64,000 nucleotides of DNA, taken from assembly GCF_009914755.1 (NCBI RefSeq), contig NC_060932.1; one strand, given 5' to 3'. Numbering within the stretch: the stretch's first letter is position 1; every line of letters begins with the position of its first letter. The DNA is from the human T2T-CHM13v2.0 reference genome, Homo sapiens. A program made the translations under genes and the position numbers. The notes beneath the pieces were generated by a model, which saw only the letters and a list, made by a program, of their open reading frames with translations, had not been told where the DNA came from and did no database searches. Of the stretch, positions 52,590 through 64,000 are shown in pieces.

Positions 52590-53075
52590 GAGTTCCTTTG
52601 GATAATCCTGTTTCCTTTGGGTAATATATTTCACCTTGGGGACTCTATCCTACAGCAATAAAAGCTCCAGTTTTACATGATATATATACAAGAGTATTTA
52701 TTGCATTGCATTGTTTATTGATTGATTGTGGCATTGATTATTGTGGCAAAAAATTGGAAGCAACTCAAATGTCCATTAACAGGGAAATGGTTGACTAAAT
52801 TAAGATACAAACAAGCTATTAAATATTATGCAGATATTAAAAAGAATGAGCTAGATTTATCTCTACTGGCTTAAGTGATGCCTGTGACACATTGTAAAAT
52901 GACAAAAAACATGTAGAGGAATGTGAAATTAAGATAGCATTCATATTTTTAAAAACCAACCTGTATATATCTTTATATTTGTAAGTGTGTATATTTGTAT
53001 GTTTTTCTGCATAGAAGGATAACTGAGTAAAAAGATTCACAACATGCAATTAACATTGGCTACCTCTGGAGATGT
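52590..53075 (+). mobile_element. Old L1ME-like fragment
   Basis: aaaaattggaagcaactcaaatgtccattaacagggaaatggtt...aaaagaatgagctagat. Confidence 0.65.
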
Positions 53076-54829
53076 AGAGATGTGAGAAAGAATATTATGC
53101 ATTATTACTATTGCTGTATATATATACACACATGCATAATGTGTTACATATTATATATATTTATGTGTGCGTGTGTATGTAGAGAGAGAGAAAGAAGCAG
53201 GGCTGGTGAGGTTTGCATGTGAAGTTGATTTCTGAAGGTTCCTATCTGGAAGGTGGGTGTGGCATGTGAGCAGCGATAGAGTTCTCTCTGAGGGTGTATG
53301 AGTGAGTGTGTGTGTGTTGCAAGGGGGGGTGTCAAGTAAAACTTAGTCACCCTCAGCTTGCATCTAGCTAACTCACAGCCAGGGCGAAATACCTTTTGTA
53401 CCTGATCCATTTCAACATTTTTTCTGCCAAGCACTCACATACAGCATAGCCCTTACCCTGAGGGGCTGAGATTTTATTATTGGACAAGACAACCATTCAG
53501 GAATCACTGGAAATGTGCCACTCTCCTCCACTGCCTCAGAGTTTGTAGTCTCTAAAACAGGGATCCTCAAGTTGCTTCTGATCAAGCCCCTCATCAGTTA
53601 AGAAATAGTAAGTTTAGTTATTTAAGTATAAATTATATACATGTGTACTCTTGTACTAATACCCTGAATTATTATAAACCCTTTATTGAATCAAAAGAAT
53701 GTTAAAGCAAGAGAAGGAAATGGAAGTTCTAGTCTTAGTATTCTCTTGCTGCCCCTAAACACTGTCCGCCCTGGAGACAGTACTCTGAGGCATGGGCAGA
53801 CTGGGATGGAGCTGGCCATTGACCAGGGACAATTTCCCACTCACCTCCTTATTTGATACCCTCCTACAGGGGATGCAAAATCTCTGTGCACAAGACACCA
53901 TGTCCTCACAGCTCTGGTTCTTTGGACCATGTACTGAAAACTTTTCATGGCCATCTTCGACTTTTGAAAGAGAGGAAGAACTAATTTTATATTCCCAGGA
54001 GCCTTGGGATCAGCCTAGAAAGGGCTGATGGGGCTAGGGAGGAGGGCGGCCCTGTGGTTAGTTCCCAGACCTCTCCCAACTCAGTGGAAATGCCATCCAT
54101 CAGGGAGGGTGAGGGGGTTGTTCTTGTTGGCAGATCTGGGACCATGGTGTTCAGAGGGTAGCCCAGGCTCATGTTTTCTGATTATGCCCGTTCATTGTGA
54201 GAGGGATGACTGTGGGCTCATGGCTGCCTTGGGCTTCCCTGGTTCAAGCACGGTCCCAGGAGTGTCTAGAAGTTTCCTAACTTTGTCCTGAATTCCTTAA
54301 CCAGTCCAGCCAGAGACCTGAATCCAGAGGACTGGGATCTCTACTCAAGGATGCATTTGCATTCTTCTCATTGAGCTTCCCTCTAAGGTTTTTAAGGAAA
54401 GCTTACTTTGTTTACTTGCAAAGAAAGATGGGGCCACCAGCAGGAGGCTCACTGCCAAACAGGGGCCTGGCTGGAGAAGCCAGCATTGAAGTTGGGCACC
54501 CCCAAATAGAGAAGCCTCTCTAAGGGCACAGCAGAGCAGCTGCTAGCCCTGCTCCATGGCGGTCATCCCAGACACCAATCACAGGGCAGTGTTCCCCCAG
54601 CACATTTGTTCATTGGTTAGACCGTTCGTTTCTGGCTTCACTTCTTCATTCATTCCCTTGGGACACGCATTAGTGAAGCCACTGAGCAGCTTTTGTGAGC
54701 CTGCATCCTGCCAAGAACTCATCTAGGTGCTAATTGATGAGGAGGACTACCTGCAGCAGGAGAGTAGTGACGGTGGGACTGGAAGCCAGCTCACAGCTCA
54801 GTGCCACTGCATGCAATCATCTCCTAAAC

Positions 54830-55852
54830 ATGTGTCTGCACACAGATTTATTCCTCCTGGACTTTTCCCTTGAACTCTGAACTGGTTTAGCCAATGGCCC
54901 ACTTGACATCTTCACTTACATGTCTCATAGTGTCTCATCCATAACACACCCAAAGTGGACTGCCGATTCCACCTCTGCTCCCATCCCCAACCAGCATGTT
55001 CTTCTGTAGTCTTCACCATCTCAGTAAACAACTCAGCAACTAAACAACTCATCCTTCTGTACTCAGGCTCAAAACCAAAAGTCATTCCTGACACTGCTCT
55101 CTCATACCCTACCAGCATTCTATCAGAAAATCCAGCTGGCTGTATTTTCAAAATGTATCCCAAATCCAAACCCTGCTCCCCTACCTCTTCTGCTATCACC
55201 CTGATCCAGCCACTTTATTTGAGATTTTTGTGCTAGCCCCCAACTCTCTCTCTGCACCTGCCTTGCCTCTTATAATCTATGAGAAGCACAGTAGCCAGAG
55301 CAATCCCTTTATAAGTCAGACCATTTTACTCCTCTGCTCCAAGCCTTCTCTCCAGTGGCCTCCTCTCATGCAGAGGAAAAATCCAGTCTTCTATTAACTG
55401 CCAGAGCCTATTTGATGTGACCTCTGTTAGCTCTCTGACCTTAACTCCTGCTGTTCCCTCTTGGCTCACTGGTTTATCCCTTTAGAGTTTCTCAAATAGG
55501 CTGAGCACATCCCATATCAGGGTCCTGGTACTTGCTGTTTTTTCTTCTGGAATGTTCTTCCCAGACAACTCACTGCCTTACTCCCTTCAGGGTCTGCTTA
55601 TCAGAAAGACCTTGCTTGACCACTTGGATTCAGAGGGAAGCCATATCCCCAGCCTTCTCTATCCCTACATCCTACACCCTACCCCAGCACTCAAACCTCC
55701 TGCCATATTATGTATTTGTCTGTTGTCTTTCTTCCCCAACTAGAATGTTTGAAACTGCTATATCTCTGGTGCCTAGAAATGTTTCTAGTTCTGCTAGACA
55801 AATTGCACACAGCAGGCACACAATAGACATTCACTAGGATGAATGAATGAAA
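54830..55852 (+). mobile_element. L2 (L2a-like) 3' portion
   Basis: Pyrimidine-rich L2 body (ttcaccatctcagtaaac, gtcattcctgac, cagtagccagag) ending in gatgaatgaatgaa. Confidence 0.8.
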
Positions 55853-57897
55853 TTATGAAGAACTGACTATGTGCTGGGCCCTAACCTGGAAGTCTTCAAT
55901 GAAATAATTCACCCTCACAACTATTACCCTATGAGGTGGGGATTATTATTACTATTTTTCAGAGAGAAACCAGAATTAAAACCCAGTTCTATCTGCCTCC
56001 AAATATCCTCTTCCCATGACGTCACTCTGGGAAAAGCCAGGCTTTCCTCTGAGAGCCTTCCATCTACCATCAACGGTATGCTGGGTACTGAAATGTACAG
56101 AAACCCAGCTAGAATAAAGGCTACTATGTGCAAAGGGCTTTCCAATTCTACCCACATTCTTTTTTTTCTGTAGTCATTTATTGATTTATTTATAATTTTA
56201 AAATTTCAATAGCCTTAGGGGTTAGCCTACGTGAAGTAACTCATGCTCTTACTTTACGTTATCTCAACTGTATGGCTGTGAGGTAGGGAACCATGAACCA
56301 GTATTTAACACGATTTTTTTTTCTGGGAAAGAAAGGCTTAGTGAGGTTTACCGGGTGTCTCTAGGTCAGCTAACTAGTCCTTTGGAAAGCCAAGTCTCCA
56401 CTGCAGGTCTCTGACCCCAATTGCAGGGCAGGAGTGTGGAGGGTGGCGGGTGGCAGGCTCTACCCATTACCCTATCTGTGATAAACACTAGGTCAGGGAT
56501 GCGCTATCACCACCTTACCCCTACCATACGCAAGCATCACCTAGAGAGATCCTCAGGATTCTACCCCACACAGAACTGCAAGAGGGCACAGTGGACAACC
56601 AAGTGGAAACTGAGTTATGAGCTATGCTCCCACCCTCCCAACAGTGAGGAAACTCCTCTGGACTTCAACCCAATGTGCCCTTGTATTGCCCTCCCTTGCC
56701 TCAGCCCACTCCCAACCTGAATTTAGAGTTGGGCTTGTGCATTTCTCTGTTTGCCCCAAGAAGGCTCCATGGCACCTGGGTCCAACCACCATCAGCCAAG
56801 GAGGACCTGAAGATGGCAGGTTCTGGAGGGCCTCAATCTCAGCCATGCCTTTTACTCCATCCTCTGTCCTTTGATACCCACCCAGCCCCTCCTGCCCCAT
56901 CTGGGGCTGAGAAACAGGACATATCAATTGCAGTACATCCACCTAAACAGGGTGTCCAGCATGTTTTTGTAACACCAACACCTGTTTGTTTAGTCATGCT
57001 GGGCCAGGTGTTTCAGCATAAAATACAAATTGAATTCCTCCCCTCAGAAGGGCTTGCAATCAGATGATAACAGACAAGGCAAACAACTGAAACACCATTG
57101 ATACATACTATATGGAGAGATGGACATCTATTCCAAGACCTCAGGAGGTGGAGATCAGGTGCCATTGGGCCCCATAGCAGCACTGTCAGCTGTAGTGACA
57201 CAATGGCCAGGAACTGACCAGGACCCCGCTCCCTTGGTCATGTGTCAACACAGCAGGGAGAGTGTCCTGGGTGTCCTTGGATTGCAATCACGAGCATCCA
57301 AGTTACCCAGAGTCTGAGCCTCAGTTTCCCTATCTGTGAAGTTGGGTGATGATTAGTAAATATCCTCATAAAGATGTTCAAAAATTCAAATACACAACAA
57401 TATCTGGAAAATAGTTTGGCTTCAATAAATGTTCGTTCTTTTCCCTTAATTTTTTAATTTTAATATTAAGATTAGTGTCCAAAGCTGTTATCCCTTCTTC
57501 AGATAATTATACACAGAAAGCAGGAATACAAAGAACGTCCAATCTCTGAACCACCTCAGCTGACCTGAGACCAATTTTCCAAATTGTAGTAAACACAAAT
57601 GCATGCTCTCTACTCATGCCAACGCTGCATAAGTATCAGCTGGATCCCAGTCCACAAACACATGCAGTGCAGCTTCCCAGGGAAGTCACGGAGGGACAGG
57701 AGTGGAGCCTCTTACCCCAAGTCCTGCCCCCTGGAGCTACTCACCACCAGCAGAGACCCACCCATTTTCTTCAGACCAAAGACGGAGGGTGGGTACAGGA
57801 TCCATCAAGTCCCTCTAAAGACCCTCCCCCACATACCACCCCAGGCCACCTATGGCCCACCCAGGGGGTCCTAATGACAGCAAAGTTAGCAACCTAC

Positions 57898-57908
57898 CGG
57901 TGGAGCAT
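57898..57908 (-). CDS. SLA: SLA distal first exon, coding 3' end ATG CTC CAC CG (MLHR isoform); exon extends further right as 5'UTR
   Basis: Donor CCG|gtaggt; splicing to 15585 gives MLHRLWASPAAPGKKKE-MGNS in frame, matching a recalled SLA isoform. Confidence 0.85.
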
Positions 57909-58500
57909 CAGGGCTGCCTGAGATGTTCTCCATTCGCAGCAAATGATCTTATTTTCTGAAGTAGCAGCTTTCTATTGAAATTCTTCATCAGTCGCTGTCA
58001 TGGGGAATTTCTCCCCCTTTTCTCTTTCTTTCTAACTGGTGAAATTGACAGTCTGCCTACATTATCCAGGCATTCATTTGCATGATCAAAAGCAGATTTG
58101 TTCCAAGATGCAATGTTCTGCCTTCCCTTCCAAGCACAGGCATCTCCAAGGAAGGCGAGAAAAATCAGAAACAGAGCGCCTCCGCTGTGCCCCTAAGCTT
58201 GGCCAGGAGTTGGCCTCGTCTGGGAGCAGGTGGAGTGGGGGCCCTGTGGGTAGCAGTAGGGGGAGGGCAGCCCATGTGGGAGTTGGAAAGCAGCACCTGG
58301 CAGCCCGAGGCGCTGGCACGAGCCCCAGCACAGGAATATCCAGTCTTTGGTGACAGATTATAGTAAGAGGAGTATGCAGGAGTTTCCAGTGTGTGTGTGA
58401 TTTCCTGAAAGGAGGCACTGCTGCCTTAAATCCCCAGCACTCAGGGACGGGAGGGTGTTAGGGTCTGAACCCAGGGCATCGCGGGGACCTGGATTCAGAA
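57909..58500 (-). promoter_or_regulatory. SLA: SLA distal 5'UTR/promoter region (non-CpG-island)
   Basis: Repeat-free sequence 5' of the first-exon donor; NF-kB-like GGGGAATTTCTCCC near 58002; TSS not determinable. Confidence 0.5.
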
Positions 58501-58854
58501 AAATGGGTCACAATTCTTAGCTTTAGCCACACGATGTAGGAGAGTTGCTGAACTGGTCTGAGCTGCAGTTTCTTTAGCCTTCAAATGGACACAGTGAGAG
58601 CCACCCTGTCTGTCTCTTGCAGTGTTATAAGAAGCGAAAGAGGTATCTCCCAACACCCAGAGAGCCCTGTAGGTCTCATGGCTCTAGGATGCCCTTGCAC
58701 ACTGTAAACCCTCCACCCTGGAGCTATAGCCCCACATTACCCCTCACAGCTGACGCTTACACGTCACGTTGTCTAATTCTCCCCAGGGGCCCTGTGAGCT
58801 GGGATTATGGTTCAGAGAAAGCTGAGGATCAGAAGGATTGACTTGTCCCCCCCA

Positions 58855-59060
58855 AAATATTAAAATATTGTATTTCATGACTGCATTGTTATAAAGATGA
58901 ATGTAAACCAGGCTGGATTCATTATTACATTTTCATTATTATTATATTTTTTCTTCTGATTTTAAAAGAAATTAGAAAGAAAAGACTTTTGTGAGTTCCT
59001 AAAAGTGCAGTGAGCCCTTGGCCCTGAGCAAGCTGTGCTTGATGGAGAAGTAAATCCTTG
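58855..59060 (-). mobile_element. MER96B-like hAT element fragment
   Basis: ccaggctggattcattatt...ttcttctgattttaaaagaaatta...cctaaaagt resembles recalled MER96B. Confidence 0.65.
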
Positions 59061-59094
59061 TCCCTTAACACCATAAGGAGCAGTGAAGTCAGGA

Positions 59095-60125
59095 GTCATT
59101 CAAGCATTAACCCATGCAGCATCTCTCCAACATAGATTATTCAGAGGCTTCTGTGCGCTGGACTCTCTCTAGGCTTTAGAGGGCACAGTTGTAACCTAAA
59201 CAGATAAAGCTTCTGACTCGGAGAGTTCATGTTCTCATGAAAGGACACAGATGATGTAAGTAAATAAAGAATTTCAGATCTTAGAAATGCCCTGAAGAAC
59301 ACTGAAGTGGGGCCATTGCAGAGGAGGCGATGGAATGGGGCAATTACTTTAGGGGCAGTCAGAGAAGGCTTTTCGGAGGAGGTGACTTCTGGACTGAGGC
59401 CTGAGCAATGGGGAGCCAGCGATGGGGATTGAGGTACAGAGTGGGTGCAAAGGCCCTGGGGCAGGAGTGGTCCTGGCTGTTTGGGGGTCACAGGGAGGTC
59501 AGTGCTAGGAGATCCAGTGGCCAGTGGAGGGACTAGGAGGACAGGAAGTCAGAGGGACGAAGAAGACCAGTTATGAGATCTTGCAGGCCATCAGAAAAGT
59601 GACTTTATTCTCCTTGCAGTGGGCAGTTACTGGAATGTTTCAAGCTAATAATAGAAGGTGATTATATTGATCCACTGTTTTAAAAAGGAACATTTCTGGC
59701 AGCTATATGGAAAATTGACTAAGGAGATGTGTGACCCAGGAAGTAGAGATCAGATTGGGCTCTATTGTGGAAATCCAGGGGTTGAGCTAGTAACTTAAAT
59801 TAGGGTTGCAGACATGGTCACAGTAAAAAATGATCAGATTTGGGATATATCTTGCGTTGGCAGCTGACTATATGAGTTGGGAATTCAGTAGAGAGGTCAG
59901 GGCTGTAGATACAGCTTTGGAAGAAAACCAAGAAAATGCGGTATCACAATAGCGAAGAAAAGAAAGCATTTCCAAAAGGAAGCAAAAGTCAAATGTCACA
60001 GAGTCAAGAGAGATGAGGGCAGAGATTGGGCTCTTGTAGGTCATGGGAGACCTTGATGAGGGCCATTTCAGTGGAGTAACGGGAAGGAAAGGCTGATTGG
60101 AATAGGCTGGGGGAAGAGGGGAAGT
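59095..60125 (-). mobile_element. L2 fragment(s)
   Basis: gcagtcagagaaggcttttcggaggaggtgac, caaaggccctggggcagga, gaccttgatgagggccatttcagtggagt are typical L2 antisense. Confidence 0.75.
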
Positions 60126-63100
60126 GAGGACATGGTCACATTGCTTCCCAAACCCACCCTGTCTCCACTGAATGATGCTCTCCACTGGATGCAAACGGCC
60201 ACCCAGGATTCACAGAGCACTTTGCTCATTCACCAGCTGACCCCACTGACTTCACCAAGCTCTGCTCCATGACAGGAATTGTGTCATGTCCATTTGGAAT
60301 CCTCAGTTCCTACTAGGTTGGTCTTCAATTCATGTCCCTCTAATGAACAAAGGAGTGTTGTGTCTCCATCTACCTCAGAGCTCTAGAGAATTCTGGAGCA
60401 TTTGTGTATTCATTCACTCATCCATTCATATAATCTTGCAAGAAGCAGGTGAACTCTGGTAGGCTTCCTACTTTTCTGGTGGGGATTCTGCTCTGTGTCT
60501 CCTTCTTCCCCAACCTGTGATGTTACAATCATTTTTCAAAAATTGGAGCATTATCAATGAGCAAAAATTGACTACAGGCTGTCTGTGTACAAACCATTCC
60601 TCCCCTAAGCCCCTGCCAAGAGCAACATCTCTGCTTCTGCCCCAGTGTGGTAGAGGAGATGTGCTGTGAACTAGGACAGCAGTAGGGGTGGACCGGAGGT
60701 GGGGGCAGGTGTCACTCAGGAGGAAGATCGTAGGCACAGGCTACAGCAAAATGTAGGGGAAGAGGGGAATGATTTTAGGAGCAATCAGGAAATACCTGTG
60801 TTTTAATCAGGTAATTGAGGGCTGGTCTTAGTCACTAAGGATAGGGAAATAGCAGGGGAAGAAGGTTCTAGGGGTGAGGAAGAACACATATGGATGACGA
60901 AGATAAATTGTGCCTAGGTTGAGTTTGAGGGGCCTGAGAGATTTCCAGGTGATGTGAGGCATTTATATGAAGGTATGAGGTTCAAGCTGGAGAGAGATTT
61001 GGGAATCATTAGCTTAATAGGTCATTCTTCAAGCAAGGAGAGGAAATGGCCCCACCCCACAAGCATTCGTGGACAGAATGGGAGGAAAAGGGGACAGGGT
61101 GGCAGCTGGGAGCCTTGGCTTTCAAGAGTAATCAGAGACAGCAGAACGAGGTTCCAGAAATTAGGCTGAGGCAGAGCTGACTGGGAGGAGGAGATGGAGA
61201 GGTGGGGGATGGGGCGTCTACTGGTGGACCTCTGCAAGGTTATCAGTGACCTTGATGGAGGTTGGGGTAGCCAGATGGCCATATGGTAAAGAGGCTATAG
61301 GACAGTTGGAGCCCACCATGTAGACATGCTCTTGGAGTGCACATCTAGCTGAGAGCACCTGGATGAAGCAGATGGAGGAGACCCTCCTGTTGGGGACTGC
61401 CAGGCAGGCACTTTAGCTCTAGGTGGGGGTGGGACTCATGGAGAGCTGCACACTGAAGGTCTGAAAGAGCCAGTGGGGGGGTTTGCCCAGCGAGGGGCTC
61501 CAGGGCTGTGGGCAGCAAAGACTGAGCCTCAGAGAGATGGAGGGCCCTCAGTCCAAGAGGAGGAAGGGCCATTCCCTGAGGAGAGGGCAGTGTGGCCTGC
61601 AGAGTGCGCTGGCCTTGGGGTTTGCAGCAGGAGGCAGGGCCAGGAGGAAGCAGCGCTGAGGGGCCAGTCGGCTCCTTACTGAGGCTCTGCAGTGCCTGGG
61701 GCCAATGCAAGGACACCCAGCCTGGCCTGCTCTGTGTTCCATGCTCTCTGGCAGGTCACATTTGCAAACCAGGATGGGGAAGCTCTTCTCCCAGGTCCCG
61801 CCTGAAGCAAAAAAGCAAAAGGTAGGGTGAGGCTCTCCCAGCCACCCAGCCCTCTGTTCTTTCTGGCTTCTCCCCTGCTCCTCTGCCCTCATCACTCCAC
61901 TGACCCCGTGGACCTCGCTGCTCCCCCTCACCCAGCTGTCCGCATGTCTGAACCCTACCCTCTCTTGTCTGGACTCAACCATCCTCCACGCTGCCTAACC
62001 CAGCTCCCTAGGGCACAACTGGGACCCTCACTGCCCAGCACCCCCGTCCCCTTTCCAGCTTCCTGTTCTATGCACGAATCTTGTTCCTTATCACCCCAGG
62101 ACAGTCCATATCACATAGATGTGCTGTATATTGTCAGCCTGTCTCACAGAACTAGAAGCCCCATGCAGGCAGAGAACAGCCCGATTGTTCGCTGATGTGT
62201 CCCAAATGCCTCGAGCCGCTCCTGGCATACTCAGGCACTCCGAGCATAGTTGTTGAAGGGACGGTAGGATGAACAGCAAGGGCCTGCAGCCATGTGTTCT
62301 CATCGTGTCTCTCAGACACCACTCGGCGTGAACTAAAGGGCATTTCTCACCTGCCTTGCTGATTTTCTTTTTAATCATTTACTAACTAGAGGGAAGAGAG
62401 AAGTCATATTTATTGTCTCCCATATGTCAGCCTCTTTATAATCATTAATGCATTTCGTTCTAACATCAACCCCATTTTATTGACCCGAAATGAAGGCACA
62501 GACAGGCATATCCACTGAACACATTTGTTCATTGGAGGTGAATCTTCTGAGGCCACAGAATAGAGCTAGATTTGAACCTGAGTCTCTCAAATGCCAAATT
62601 TCACATTCAATCCACTGGGCCCCAAGACATTCAGGTTGATGCTGAGGCCCTGCTCAGTCCCTCGGTGTTTCCAAGGGCTCTTACTTTTCATTAGGATGTG
62701 TTAATGGCAGTCCTTTAAAAGCACACACCAAGGAGTGGCCAGTTCATGACAGCCCTTTGTGTAATTCCTGCCTGTAACAAATCTACTGTCTAAGGCAGAC
62801 CCCGCCTGTAATTACAGCTTGTGGAAGTCAGCACATGCAGTCACACGGTGGCCCCCACTCCCGCCTGCTGACTCTCTAATTAAACTGGCAATGGCATCTG
62901 TGCTCGGGGCCTCGCCAATCATGAAGGAATGTGTGTCCCAGGTCTTGCTGAAAATGTGCCCCTTCACATTCCCTTGCACCCCAGTGGGGCTTGGGAATTT
63001 ATCTCCCACTATTTGGGAGACAACTTTTGGGTCATCTCCAAAATATTGACCAGTCATCAAGGCTGCACCCAATTAGTGTGTCAGATCCCCATAAAATGTG

Positions 63101-63310
63101 GAACTCTAATCTCAGTCTCATGGGAGCATAAACTGGGCCTCATCCCTCCAGCTACCTGGCTGTGAAGGTGTTCTAGATCATTTTATGCAAGAGAGACTTA
63201 TTTTTGCAATGCCCAGGGCTTGGTGTCCTAGCACTCCTAAAAGCTCATCTTAGAAGGAGTTTCCGCAGAACCCATGAAGGAGGCTCCATCCATGATTGAG
63301 GCCAGTCCTT

Positions 63311-63644
<334 letters not shown>

Positions 63645-63804
63645 TGGGGACCACTCCTTTATCTAGCAGGGGTTTGGAAAAGGGGTTCCAAGTGTTTGGG
63701 CTCAAGCTCAGTGGGGACAAAGCTCTGCTCAGGCCTCTCTCTCTAAGACATGGACTTTCCCTGGCCTGTCTGAATGGGGCTCAAGGCTGAGTCTACAAAT
63801 ATCT

Positions 63805-64000
63805 AACAACAACGACAATAGACACAGTGCTAAGCACTTTGTAGGTTTCATCTCATCTAACTTCATGACAGTTTTATGATGAGGGTAATTTGTTGTGCCC
63901 ATTTTACAGATGAGGAAATAGACATAGAGCGATTATATAACTTTCCCAAGTTCATACAGCTAAGAAGTCGCACAGTTACCCTCCAAGCCCAGACCTTTCC
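63805..64000 (-). mobile_element. MIR
   Basis: cccattttacagatgaggaaa...aactttcccaagttcatacagctaagaagt. Confidence 0.75.

Noticed and set aside
58105-58119. Possible glucocorticoid response element near the distal SLA promoter
   Set aside because: Only a TGTTCT half-site; the other half does not match the consensus

Overview
Human genomic DNA from the TG/SLA locus (8q24). The minus strand carries most of SLA (Src-like adaptor). It has a distal first exon ending at 57898, a 278-nt 5'UTR cassette exon (30218-30495) and the MGNS start exon (15485-15585). Four SH3/SH2 exons follow (6242-6341, 5328-5414, 3256-3359, 411-542), and the 3' end lies left of the window. The plus strand carries two thyroglobulin cholinesterase-like-domain exons (50396-50560, 51558-51725) inside SLA intron 1, so the genes are interleaved. 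Also present are the MIR7848 hairpin, the probable PTCSC1/AK023948 region, and ordinary Alu, L1, L2, MIR, MER and MADE1 repeats and microsatellites. Almost all ORFs in the six-frame track are non-coding noise. I found no wholly new biological system. The best leads are: (1) a ~170-bp, ~90% identical non-Alu inverted duplication (47350-47519 / 48664-48832) whose left copy sits inside a TG-rich tract; (2) a candidate alternative SLA first coding exon (ATG 13009, consensus donor after 12982) in frame with the SH3 exon; (3) a splice-controlled switch of one ATG between uORF and N-terminal extension, plus an MGC-type uORF; (4) a 45-bp minisatellite with 135-bp higher-order structure. Gene names, exon numbers and variant names come from my recall of the locus, not from a database search.
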